A DNA stretch of 64,000 bases from the NCBI GenBank assembly GCA_965203905.1, contig CBDBDQ010000005.1, positions 1,632,001-1,696,000 of the forward strand. The letters are read 5' to 3'. Shown piece after piece: positions 19,117 to 28,525 of this stretch; within the stretch, counting starts at the first letter, position 1; each line of letters opens with the position of its first letter. Source of the stretch: Spirochaetia bacterium. Lineage in GTDB: Bacteria > Spirochaetota > Spirochaetia > SZUA-6 > Bin103. The notes beneath the pieces were generated by a model. It worked only from the letters and a program-made list of their open reading frames with translations, searched no databases and was not told the origin of the DNA. The translations under genes were made by a program, and so were the position numbers.

Positions 19117-20928
19117 ATGAGCAACCGTTCCGCACCTGCCACGGCATCGCCCCCGCCCGCCGGTACCCTGGACGGTCCGAACCGGACGGCCAGGTCGGTC
19201 TCCCGCGCCGGCATTCGCCACGCCCTCACCACCATCGTCTGGCCGCGGCGCTGGCTGCTGCTCCTCGGGCTGCTGCTGATCGCGGTCAACCGCCTGTCCG
19301 GCCTGGTGTTGCCCGGAGCCTCCAAGTACCTGATCGACGACGTGATCGGCAACCGCAACACCGAGCTGCTGACGGTGCTGCTGCTCGCCGTGGCCGGGGC
19401 GGTGCTGGCGCAGGCGGCGAGCTCGTTCCTGCTCACCCGGTTGCTGAGCGTGCAGGCACAACACCTGATCTCGGTGCTGCGGGCACGCATTCAGCGCCAC
19501 GTGCAGCGCCTGCCGGTGGCGTTCTTCGACAACAACCAGACCGGGGCCCTGGTGTCGCGCGTGATGAACGACGTCGAAGGGGTGCGCAACCTGGTGGGAA
19601 CCGGGCTGGTGCACTTGGTGGGCGGGGTCATCACCGCGGTGGTGGCGGTGATTCTCCTGCTCCGCATCAGCCCGCCGATGACCCTGTTCACGGTGATACC
19701 GCTGGCGATCTTCGGCGTGACGGCGGGCCGGGTGTTCGGTCTGATACGGCCGATCTTCCGCCAGCGCGGGGCGATCACCGCCGAGGTCACAGGCCGCCTC
19801 ACCGAGTCGCTGGCCGGCATCCGCGTGGTCAAGGGGTTCCACGCCGAGGCGCACGAGGACCGGGTGTTCGCGCGCGGCGTGGAGCGCATCTTCGCCAACG
19901 TGCGCAGCTCCCTGACCGCCACCAGCCTGGTCACCAGCGGCGGCGCCCTGATCATGGGCCTGAGCGCGGTGCTGATCATGGGCGTGGGCGGCTCGCTGAT
20001 CCTGCGTGACGCCATGACGGTCGGCGACTTCGTGTCGTTCAGCCTCTACCTGGGATTCATGATCGCCCCGATCGTGCAGATGAGCCGCATCGGCACCGAG
20101 ATGACCGAGGCGTTCGCGGGCCTGGACCGGATGCAGGAGGTGCTGGCGCAGCAGCCGGAGGGCGAGGAACCGGCGCGCACGGTGGCGCTGCAGCAGGTGC
20201 GCGGCGACATCCGCTTCGAGCGCGTTTCCTTCAGCTACCAGGCAAGTGCCCCGGTGCTGCACGAGGTGAGTCTGGAAGCCCCGTCCGGCACCATGACCGC
20301 CCTCGTGGGGGCGTCCGGATCGGGCAAGACCACCATCGCGGGGCTGGCCGCCTCGTTCCTGGCGCCCGACTCCGGGGTGGTGAGCATCGACGGCCACGAC
20401 CTGGCCACGGTCACCCTGGACAGCTACCGCAGCCGCCTCGGCGTGGTGCTCCAGGACGAGTTCCTGTTCGCCGGCACCATCCGCGAGAACATCCTGTTCG
20501 CGCGTCCGGAAGCGGACGAGGAGGCGGTGCGCGCGGCGGCGCGGGCGGCGCACGTGGACGAGTTCAGCGACCGCTTCGAGGACGGGCTGGACACCCTCAT
20601 CGGCGAGCGCGGGGTCAAGCTCTCCGGCGGCCAGCGGCAGCGGGTGGCGCTGGCGCGCGCCATCCTGGCGGATCCGCGGGTGCTGATCCTGGACGAGGCC
20701 ACCTCCAACCTCGACAACGAGAGCGAGGCGTTCATCCAGCAGAGCCTGGCCGAGCTGATGGTGGGCCGCACCACGCTGGTGATCGCCCACCGCCTGAGCA
20801 CTATCCGCCGCGCCGACCAGATCCTGGTGGTGGAGGAGGGCCGCATCGTGGAGCGCGGCCGCCACGACGAGCTGATCGCCGCCGCCGGCCGCTACCAGCA
20901 GCTCTACGAGTACCAGGCACGCATATAG
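19117..20928 (+). CDS. ABC transporter, fused permease/ATP-binding (MsbA-like exporter)
   Basis: TM domain, then GASGSGKT, LSGGQRQR, ILDEATS, IAHRLST. Confidence 0.95.
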   Translation: MSNRSAPATASPPPAGTLDGPNRTARSVSRAGIRHALTTIVWPRRWLLLLGLLLIAVNRLSGLVLPGASKYLIDDVIGNRNTELLTVLLLAVAGAVLAQAASSFLLTRLLSVQAQHLISVLRARIQRHVQRLPVAFFDNNQTGALVSRVMNDVEGVRNLVGTGLVHLVGGVITAVVAVILLLRISPPMTLFTVIPLAIFGVTAGRVFGLIRPIFRQRGAITAEVTGRLTESLAGIRVVKGFHAEAHEDRVFARGVERIFANVRSSLTATSLVTSGGALIMGLSAVLIMGVGGSLILRDAMTVGDFVSFSLYLGFMIAPIVQMSRIGTEMTEAFAGLDRMQEVLAQQPEGEEPARTVALQQVRGDIRFERVSFSYQASAPVLHEVSLEAPSGTMTALVGASGSGKTTIAGLAASFLAPDSGVVSIDGHDLATVTLDSYRSRLGVVLQDEFLFAGTIRENILFARPEADEEAVRAAARAAHVDEFSDRFEDGLDTLIGERGVKLSGGQRQRVALARAILADPRVLILDEATSNLDNESEAFIQQSLAELMVGRTTLVIAHRLSTIRRADQILVVEEGRIVERGRHDELIAAAGRYQQLYEYQARI

Positions 20929-21180
20929 TAGATTTGCACATTGAATACTGCAAACGAACTCTGCGAACACGACAGTGAACGAGAGCACGAGGTGCCCACG
21001 ACGCTTGGAGAGCTTGGTTGCTTATTGCGAGAGTATGTGACGACTCGGTAGACTGTCCCGTAAGGATGTTCCGTGCGCATCATCAACTCTGCCATCTCAC
21101 TCAAGGCTCGCCGATAGAGCGAACCGTAGCGTATCCATTGGGATCCGCTGTACGTGGTCAGGGTGAATGGCACTAGCGAA

Positions 21181-22083
21181 ATGATTCAGATTGAAAGCGA
21201 CTACTCCGCGGAGGCTAAGTGTGTAGTGCGGCTTGGGCATTGGAGAGACCTCCTCTCCCAGATGCCGAAGGAATGCGTCGACCTCACTGTTACTTCACCA
21301 CCGTATTGCATTGGCAAGAGCTATGACACCAGCAAGACACTGGATACATTTCGTGAAGAGCATCTTGACATCATCCCGCGTATCGTCAGCATTACTCGAC
21401 CCGGCGGAAACATTTGTTGGCAGGTGGGATATCACGTCCGGAATGCGACGCTTACACCACTGGACTTTGTAGTCCACGAGATATTCGCGTCGATTCCAGA
21501 CGTTGTACTCCGAAATCGGATCATTTGGACGTTCAACAGTGGACTTCACTGCTCAAGACGTCTAAGTGGAAGACATGAGGTCGTTCTATGGTACTCGAAA
21601 GGAGACGATTACCACTTTGAACTAGATCCCATTCGCCTGCCGCAACTGTATCCTGGAAAAAGGCATCACAAGGGCACGAAGCGTGGCCAACTAAGTGGGA
21701 ATCCACTTGGAAAGAATCCCGGAGATGTGTGGGCTATACCTCAGGTTAAAGCCAGCAGTGTAGAGAAGACTCGACATCCATGTCAGTTTCCTATCGGGCT
21801 GGTGCAGGGGCTCATTCGCTCTCTATGTCCACCAAAAGGGATGGTGGTGGATCCTTTCCTGGGATCAGGGACTACGGGGGCCGCTGCTGCTATTGAAGGT
21901 CGTCGGTTCGCCGGAGCCGAAATAGACGAGGACTACTATCGTCTTTCCGTGGAACGAATACAGCAAGCAGTAGACGGTAACCTTCGATATAGACCATACG
22001 GCAAGCCACTTCAAGTACCTACAGGGCGAGTAGCTCAACGCCCTCCGGAGTTTGATTCGCTTGAACAAGAGGTAGTCAGATGA
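21181..22083 (+). CDS. Site-specific DNA methyltransferase, beta class (N4-C/N6-A), M.BglII-like
   Basis: Catalytic TSPPY precedes SAM-binding DPFLGSGTT; also GKNPGDVW and HPCQFP. Lower GC than flanks. Confidence 0.92.
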   Translation: MIQIESDYSAEAKCVVRLGHWRDLLSQMPKECVDLTVTSPPYCIGKSYDTSKTLDTFREEHLDIIPRIVSITRPGGNICWQVGYHVRNATLTPLDFVVHEIFASIPDVVLRNRIIWTFNSGLHCSRRLSGRHEVVLWYSKGDDYHFELDPIRLPQLYPGKRHHKGTKRGQLSGNPLGKNPGDVWAIPQVKASSVEKTRHPCQFPIGLVQGLIRSLCPPKGMVVDPFLGSGTTGAAAAIEGRRFAGAEIDEDYYRLSVERIQQAVDGNLRYRPYGKPLQVPTGRVAQRPPEFDSLEQEVVR

Positions 22084-23102
22084 ATAGCGATACGATTAGA
22101 TATCAAGCAGTGCCTTTACGTCAAGATCGCGAGACACTGTACGTTTTTTCTGCACCGGCGAGGGATCTCGACGAAATACTTGAGATAAATCAACGAGAGA
22201 CCGACAGAGACGAAGGATACCAACGTACACTGTCAGAGTCGCGAATTCGGTCGATCTCCGAATTTGTTAACAAACGAAACCAAATCCCCACCTCAATCGT
22301 AGTATGTCTGAGTGGCGCCGAGTTCGACTCGGAGTCCGGAGAATTGGTAATACCGAGGAGATCGGACTCAGGATGGGTGATAGATGGGCAACATCGTCTC
22401 AAGGGGGCGACGCAGGCAACCATTACCGTTGAGCTAGCTGTTGTGGCTTTTCTGAACCTTGAATTGGAACGTCAAATCTATCAATTCGTGACCATCAACC
22501 GCACCGCGAAAGGCGTCCCTACGTCTCTGTACTATGACCTTCTCCGGCACCTTCCGCCTAGCAAGACACCAGCGGAGAAAGCACGTGAGAAAGCAGCTGA
22601 CATCGCCCATGAACTCACCCGGGACGAAGAATCTCCGTTGTTCAATAGGATTGTCGTAACATCTCCGCGCCCTGGTCAGTCTCTTTCCTTAAACAACTTT
22701 GTCAGAAAGGTCGCGCCACTCCTCCAGGATGAGCCTGCAAAGTCACCGATAGCCACATTAAACGTCACTGAGCAGACGAAGATCGTCGACAACTACTTTC
22801 GCGGCCTACGAGAGAACGATCCACAGCTGTTCCGATATACGCCTACAGTCGTGTTCCGTACGCTCGGTTTCGGTGCTTTGTTGAATGCGCTGTCGACGAT
22901 ATTCAGTCTAACGCTCACTCACTACCAAGGGTTTCGTGTCGAAGATGTTGCCGCGGTCTTTTCGCGGATTGAATTTGATTTCACAGCGTGGGATAAAGCT
23001 GGATCGGGAAACGCCGCTGAGTTACAAGCGGGAAAGGATCTTGAGGAGGCAGCTCGCTATGCTTTTCCAACGAAAACTACCGGATCCATCATAAGGCTGT
23101 GA
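22080..23102 (+). CDS. DGQHR-domain (DndB/ParB-like) protein
   Basis: GYQRTLSESRI, IPTSIVV, VIDGQHRL, FVTINRTAKGV. ATGA overlap with the MTase. Confidence 0.92.
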   Translation: MNSDTIRYQAVPLRQDRETLYVFSAPARDLDEILEINQRETDRDEGYQRTLSESRIRSISEFVNKRNQIPTSIVVCLSGAEFDSESGELVIPRRSDSGWVIDGQHRLKGATQATITVELAVVAFLNLELERQIYQFVTINRTAKGVPTSLYYDLLRHLPPSKTPAEKAREKAADIAHELTRDEESPLFNRIVVTSPRPGQSLSLNNFVRKVAPLLQDEPAKSPIATLNVTEQTKIVDNYFRGLRENDPQLFRYTPTVVFRTLGFGALLNALSTIFSLTLTHYQGFRVEDVAAVFSRIEFDFTAWDKAGSGNAAELQAGKDLEEAARYAFPTKTTGSIIRL

Positions 23103-24025
23103 GTAGGTTCGAGAGAAGCGTCAAGTTAGTCTCCAACAAAGATTGGAAGTCGTTACGGTCATTCTGGTTTCGCCATATTCCTGAGATAAATGATCTTGCA
23201 CAAGAGCCCACCGACACGCTTGCACATAGCGTAGATCTTCAACGAGAGTCGAGCGTCGCCCCAAAGACAGGAGATCACCGTTTTCTGGTTTCTGTGAATC
23301 CAGCATCTCTGTTGTTTCGGGAGGCTCTGTTTGTCTTATGTAAGGCTGTTAGAGTTTCCTGTGAGTCTGGTTCGCAGGTTGTTTCGGGGTTACCCACTTG
23401 GTCAGTCTCCACGGCTCACCACGGTACTATATTTGCACTGAAAGCATTTCTTGGTTTTTGTGGTATCGGATATGTGATCTTCGACAGTGGGCACTTCTTG
23501 ATCGACGTTTATCCATCGCATCCAAAAGGAAAACGTCAGAGGAAGACCCGACATATGACGGACGATACGGAGATCCAGTTAATTCGTATTCCACAGATGG
23601 GACATCGTGAATGGTGGCTGTTGTATCAACGGATCTTGCGATCTTCAAAAGGATTTAGTTGGCGGTTTCCAGTCGATAAGCAATCGTGGCTGTGTGACGA
23701 GAGAATATTCTCGAAGCACAGAAATCAACTACACTATCGCCTCCGTTGGTTCTACGACGACTTGCTCGAAACAAAGTTCGTTGCAGGCTTCGGAGAATTC
23801 AGCGAGGGCAGAGCTGAGACAGTTATAGCGAAGCTAAGTGAGCCTGATGGTTCGGAAGGGGTGCTAACCCTCAATCAGATTGTTTTAGGCAATGCGCTGT
23901 CGATGTTGATAGACCTCTCGGAGGTGAGTAAGAGCCTGACGATTGTGATTGAGGAGATCAAGACGGCCGTTGAGGTACTGAAGAACGATGTAGTTGAGAG
24001 CTGGTTTTCTCACCTTTCGGAATGA
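23099..24025 (+). CDS. Hypothetical protein with HEPN-like features
   Basis: GTGA overlap with the DGQHR gene. TWSVSTAHHGTIFALKAFLG resembles the HEPN N-terminal helix (W..v.aYYs.f.a..A.L..G); HRNQLHY resembles the RNxxxH/Y motif. Confidence 0.6.
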   Translation: MSRFERSVKLVSNKDWKSLRSFWFRHIPEINDLAQEPTDTLAHSVDLQRESSVAPKTGDHRFLVSVNPASLLFREALFVLCKAVRVSCESGSQVVSGLPTWSVSTAHHGTIFALKAFLGFCGIGYVIFDSGHFLIDVYPSHPKGKRQRKTRHMTDDTEIQLIRIPQMGHREWWLLYQRILRSSKGFSWRFPVDKQSWLCDERIFSKHRNQLHYRLRWFYDDLLETKFVAGFGEFSEGRAETVIAKLSEPDGSEGVLTLNQIVLGNALSMLIDLSEVSKSLTIVIEEIKTAVEVLKNDVVESWFSHLSE

Positions 24026-24138
24026 GTAACCTCTGCGAATATAGCTATCCAATGTGTTTTCGGTTCACGCTGGGTCGGCTTGTGCGCTGTAGTCGTGGAC
24101 GTGTTTCTTCGTGAGGTCGCTCGTCGGTGTGGACAGGA

Positions 24139-25602
24139 CTATCGACGCAAGGGTGCATGGGTGGGGTGGCTCCAGGTTGGCGCTTCGTCCGGGGTCGGCG
24201 AGTTGGCGAAGGTGCCGCGCGCCAGCACCGCGGCGCGGCCGCCGCAGGCCTCCACCCGCGCCGCCTGGTCCGCCTTGGCGCGGCGGTCCACCGCCTCCGG
24301 GTCGAGCAGCACGCGCAGCTCCCCTTCGAAGCGGCGCAACAGGTCCGGTGCCCGCGCATCCGCCGCCGCGGCCAGGTCATGGCGTTCCTCCGGGTCGGCG
24401 ACCAGGTCGAACAGCTGTGGCGGCCCGTCCACGTAGTACAGGTACTTGTAGCGGCTGTCGCGCAGCATGAAGGAGGCCGCCGCGGAGCCCACCGCGTGGT
24501 ACTCGCTGAACACCGTGCGTTCGTGGGGCGGTGCGGCCGCGAGCTGCCACAGGTCGCCTCCCGGCAGTCCCTCGGCGGGGGTGCCTCCCACCGCGGCCAC
24601 CACCGTCGGGTAGCAGTCCACCAGGCTGGCGGGGGTGCTCACGCTGTGGCCCGCGGGCACGCCGGGGCCGGCCAGGATCAGCGGCACCGCGGCCGACTCG
24701 TCGTAGAGGGTAAACTTGCCGGTCAGGCCGCGCGCGCCCAGCGACTCGCCGTGATCGGAGGTGTAAATGACGCGGGTGGACGGCGCCAGCCCCAGCTCGG
24801 CGAGCGCCGCCAGCACGCGGCCGATCTGGGCGTCCAGGTGGCTGCAGGCGGCGTAGTAGGCGGCGCCGAGATTGCGCAGCTCCTCCTCGGTGAACGGTTC
24901 GTCCTGGCGGAAGAAGTGGCGGAACGCGGCGCTGGCGGGATGCCGCGGCCATTGCTCCGGTTGCCACTGCGGCGGCAGCGGCGGCCCCAGTTCGCGGTAG
25001 CGCCGGTACCACTCCTCGGGGCCGATGTAGGGCGGGTGCGGGCACACGAACGAGACGAACAGCACCCAGGGCCTGGCGTCGGCGGCATGGCGGCGCAGCC
25101 AGTCCACGGCGTTGGTGGCGTTGCGCTCGTCGTAGGCCAGGTAGGAGGAGTTGCCCGGACCCGCGCCCAGCACGCCGGCGCGGGCGTTGCGCCGCGGCGG
25201 GTCGTCGCGCACGCAGCCCAGCAGGTCGCCCAGCCCCTCCACTACGTGCAGCGGCTCGATCTCGGTGCCGAAGCCGTTGTCGTCCGCCGCGCTGCGGAAA
25301 TGCAGCTTGCCGATCGAGTCGACGGTGAACCCCTCGCCGCGCAGGTGGTGCCCCCAGCTCGGGGTGCTGCCGTCGTAGGGGATGCCGTTGTCCCAGCAGC
25401 CGATCTCGTGGACGTAGCGGCCGGTCGCCAGAGAGGCGCGTGCCGGCACGCAGATCGGGCAGTTGGTATAGGCGCCGGTGAAGCGGGTGCCGCGCCGCGC
25501 CAGGGCGTCGAGGTGCGGGGTGATGCCGGGCCCGCCGTAGCAGCCGAGGCCGGAGCGGGTGTGTTGGTCGGAGAGCAGAAACAGCAGGTTGGTCGGTGGC
25601 AC
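24139..25602 (-). CDS. Sulfatase (choline-sulfatase-like)
   Basis: LSDQH, CVPARASLATG (CxPxR), GKLHF, PHPPY, YTSDHGE, LFDLVADPEE. Confidence 0.93.
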   Translation of the reverse strand: MPPTNLLFLLSDQHTRSGLGCYGGPGITPHLDALARRGTRFTGAYTNCPICVPARASLATGRYVHEIGCWDNGIPYDGSTPSWGHHLRGEGFTVDSIGKLHFRSAADDNGFGTEIEPLHVVEGLGDLLGCVRDDPPRRNARAGVLGAGPGNSSYLAYDERNATNAVDWLRRHAADARPWVLFVSFVCPHPPYIGPEEWYRRYRELGPPLPPQWQPEQWPRHPASAAFRHFFRQDEPFTEEELRNLGAAYYAACSHLDAQIGRVLAALAELGLAPSTRVIYTSDHGESLGARGLTGKFTLYDESAAVPLILAGPGVPAGHSVSTPASLVDCYPTVVAAVGGTPAEGLPGGDLWQLAAAPPHERTVFSEYHAVGSAAASFMLRDSRYKYLYYVDGPPQLFDLVADPEERHDLAAAADARAPDLLRRFEGELRVLLDPEAVDRRAKADQAARVEACGGRAAVLARGTFANSPTPDEAPTWSHPTHAPLRR

Positions 25603-25655
25603 GGCGCCAGCCTACCACGCGAGCGCGGCGCCCGGTCTCGCTCTGCGGGCGGCCG

Positions 25656-27005
25656 TTACGGCGGCTGCGGTGGGGCCGTGTGGCCCCAGACCCCCAGCCG
25701 GACCGAAAGCGCCAGCACCAGGAGGAACCCGAGGCCGCTCATAGCGGCCACCGCCAGCGCCGCGCCGAGCGCTTCGGCGAGGGCGCCCATGGCCAGGGCA
25801 CCGAACGGATGGGCACCGATCCCCAGGGCCACGGCGCCCATGGCCCGCCCGCGCAGCTCCGGTGCCGTGCGCTGCAGGATCACTCCGGTCTGCAGCACGG
25901 CGAAGGCGGAGAAGCCGAGGCCGCCCACCAGCAGGGCGGCAACCGACAGCAGGTAGCTGCGCGACAGGGCGAACACCATGATGCAGCACAGCAACAGCAG
26001 GGCGCCACCGCCGAACACCCGCCCGACGAGACGCGGCGGCACCGCACTCACGGCCACCGCGCTGAACAGGGCACCAAGTCCGGAAGCGCTGCCAAGCAGG
26101 CCGTAGGCGACCGGGCCGACCGCCAGCTCCTGGCGGGCGATCACCGGCAGCAGCAGCTGATACGGAAAGCAGCAGCCGTTCATCACCACGGTAATCAGCA
26201 GCACCGCCAGAACGGTGCGGTTGGCCGCCACCGTGCGCAACGCCGGCAGCAACGGCAGCCGCCGCGCCGGCATCCGCCCCGGCGCGTCGCGCGGGATGCT
26301 CAGCACCAGCGACAGGGAGCAGCCCACCAGCGCCAGCAGCAGCGCGTAGGAGCCGGTAAACCCCAGCAAGCCGATGCTGACCCCGGCCAGCGCCGGGCCG
26401 AGCAGAAAGCTGAGGGTAAGGGCGGTGGTGTCCAGGGAGGCGACCGTCGCCAGCGCCGAGCGCGGCACCAGGTGCGCCATCAGCGCGCGCCGCGCCGAGA
26501 AATCGGTGGTAAAGCCCAGGCCGCTCACGAACACCGCCAGGTACAGGTGCAGCGGCGCCACCACACCGGCGGTGATCACCACGCCGAGCGCGGCGATGGA
26601 GGTCAGGGCCATGCCGTGCGCCACGGCCACCATGCGGCGCTTGGAGGTGCGGTCCACCACCGCCCCCATGCCGAGGCCGAACAGCACCATCGGGGTCATG
26701 CGCAAAACCCCGATCAGCGCCACCCGCCCCGGCGACCCGGTAAGGTCGAACATCAGCCAGCCGAGCACCGCCAGCTCGCCGGTGCGGACGATATAGAACA
26801 GGCCGGCCGCCAGCAGCAGGCGGCGGTAGGTGCGGTCCCGCAGCAGCCCGGCCGCGCGACTCAGCGCACCGGGTGGTGGTACGCCGGTCAGGGGAGCGTC
26901 AGGGCGGCGCGAGGTGCGCCGCGGCCGGGTGCGGAACTCGATTGCGCGGCCACAAGCGCATTGTTCGCTTCCGGGCGATCTGGTCAATGGACCGCCGCGC
27001 GTCAT
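25656..27005 (-). CDS. MFS transporter (start uncertain)
   Basis: ~12 hydrophobic segments; GAVVDRTSKRR motif A; PELRGRAMG. Confidence 0.85.
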   Translation of the reverse strand: MTRGGPLTRSPGSEQCACGRAIEFRTRPRRTSRRPDAPLTGVPPPGALSRAAGLLRDRTYRRLLLAAGLFYIVRTGELAVLGWLMFDLTGSPGRVALIGVLRMTPMVLFGLGMGAVVDRTSKRRMVAVAHGMALTSIAALGVVITAGVVAPLHLYLAVFVSGLGFTTDFSARRALMAHLVPRSALATVASLDTTALTLSFLLGPALAGVSIGLLGFTGSYALLLALVGCSLSLVLSIPRDAPGRMPARRLPLLPALRTVAANRTVLAVLLITVVMNGCCFPYQLLLPVIARQELAVGPVAYGLLGSASGLGALFSAVAVSAVPPRLVGRVFGGGALLLLCCIMVFALSRSYLLSVAALLVGGLGFSAFAVLQTGVILQRTAPELRGRAMGAVALGIGAHPFGALAMGALAEALGAALAVAAMSGLGFLLVLALSVRLGVWGHTAPPQPP

Positions 27006-27054
27006 TCAACACGGCGCGTATCCATCATATAGGCAAATATCATCTTAACAGACA

Positions 27055-27072
27055 AAAACAACGCGTTGTTTT
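27055..27072. promoter_or_regulatory. Perfect 18-bp palindrome, putative operator
   Basis: AAAACAACGCGTTGTTTT next to a TATGAT -10-like hexamer, 13 nt upstream of ATG 27086. Confidence 0.6.
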
Positions 27073-27085
27073 ATGATGTTGCTCC

Positions 27086-28489
27086 ATGGATCGGGGTTTT
27101 TCCAGGTTTCTGAGCGAGTGGCTCGCGTCGCGGTCGCGGATGCCGCTGGTGATTCGTGGGGCCAGACAGGTGGGCAAGACCTGGCTGGTACGAGACCTTG
27201 CCGCGCGCGAGGGCCGCGTGCTGCTGGAAGTGAATCTGGAGCGCGATCCGAGTCTGGCCCGGCACTTCGCCCAACCCGATCCCCGGCACGTCTTCGACGA
27301 CCTCACGCTGGCGCTCAACCTGCCAGCGGCCCCGCGCGACGCGATCCTGTTCATAGACGAGATCCAGGCCGCGCCCGAGGTGCTGGCGCGGTTGCGCTGG
27401 TTCGCCGAGGAGTTGCCGCAACTGCCGGTGGTTGCGGCGGGCTCGCTCCTGGAGTTCGCGCTGCGCGATTTCGCGCACAGTGTGCCCGTGGGCCGCATTC
27501 AATATGCGCACGTGGAGCCGCTGACATTCGCGGAGTTTCTGGCCGCCCATGCGCAGACCGCATTGCAGGAACGGCTCGCACGATATCATCCCGGCGCGCC
27601 GCTGGCGGACGCGGTACACCGGCTGGCGACCTCATGGTACGAGCGTTTCGCCATGGTGGGAGGGATGCCCGCGGTCGTGGCGCGGGATGTCGAGGAGGCT
27701 GACGCCGGCCAATGCCGATCGCTCCAGCGCGACCTGATCCAGACCTTTCGTGACGACTTCGCCAAGTACTCCGGACGTCTCGACTACCGGTTGCTGGATC
27801 CGGTGCTGCTATTGGTCACGGCATCGATCGGCAACAAGTTGGTGTACAGCCGGATCGGCGGTGGCATCAGCGCCGAACGGGCGAAGCGGGCACTGGAACT
27901 GCTCGCCATGGCGAGACTCTGCCAGTTGATTCCACACAGCGCCGCCAATGGCATTCCGCTGGCGGCGGAAGCGAATGAGCGCATTCGCAAGGTGGCTTTG
28001 CTCGATGCCGGTCTGGCGCACGGGCTGTGGAACACGCCGGCCGCACACGGCTATCCGCCCTGGGACGAGTTGCCGCCACAGGTGCGCGGCAGCTTGACCG
28101 AACAGCTTGCCGCCCAGCAACTGCGTACCGCGACCGGGGCGCCCACCATGATGGGACAGGTGCACCACTGGCGCCGAGAGGGAGGGCGTAACGCGGAGAT
28201 CGATTACCTGGTGGAGGTCGAGAGCCGCATCGTGCCGGTCGAGGTCAAGAGCGGGGCGGCGGGAGCGATGAAGAGCCTGCACCAGTTCATGTACGAGAAA
28301 GGGCTGCCACTGGCCGTGCGACTGGACCGCAACCCCCCGTCCTTGCAGGCGGTCGACGTCAAGACGACGCAGGGGAAGCGGGTTCGCTACCAACTTCTCA
28401 ACCTGCCCCACTACCTCGTATGGCGGTTGCCTCGTTTGCTCGCAGAGTTGCACCGAGCGCCGGCCGCGGCAGGTACGCGACGTACATGA
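27086..28489 (+). CDS. AAA+ ATPase with DUF4143 domain
   Basis: GARQVGKT, LFIDEIQ, AAGSLL, GGMP, AEIDYL...PVEVKSG. Confidence 0.92.
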   Translation: MDRGFSRFLSEWLASRSRMPLVIRGARQVGKTWLVRDLAAREGRVLLEVNLERDPSLARHFAQPDPRHVFDDLTLALNLPAAPRDAILFIDEIQAAPEVLARLRWFAEELPQLPVVAAGSLLEFALRDFAHSVPVGRIQYAHVEPLTFAEFLAAHAQTALQERLARYHPGAPLADAVHRLATSWYERFAMVGGMPAVVARDVEEADAGQCRSLQRDLIQTFRDDFAKYSGRLDYRLLDPVLLLVTASIGNKLVYSRIGGGISAERAKRALELLAMARLCQLIPHSAANGIPLAAEANERIRKVALLDAGLAHGLWNTPAAHGYPPWDELPPQVRGSLTEQLAAQQLRTATGAPTMMGQVHHWRREGGRNAEIDYLVEVESRIVPVEVKSGAAGAMKSLHQFMYEKGLPLAVRLDRNPPSLQAVDVKTTQGKRVRYQLLNLPHYLVWRLPRLLAELHRAPAAAGTRRT

Positions 28490-28525
28490 CGGCCGGGACT
28501 TGACAGCTCGGCGGCCATCCTGACG

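Noticed and set aside
20904-21173. 89-aa minus-strand ORF as a controller (C) protein or Vsr for the MTase
   Set aside because: No HTH or Vsr motifs, Ser-rich, and it overlaps the ABC gene end.
22080-23102. Calling the DGQHR gene dndB of a phosphorothioation system
   Set aside because: No dndA/C/D/E, ssp or dpd genes in the window.
20959-24039. CTCTGCGAA at 20959-20967 and 24031-24039 as a target-site duplication of the MTase island
   Set aside because: Only 9 bp and lying inside, not at, the compositional boundaries; could be chance.
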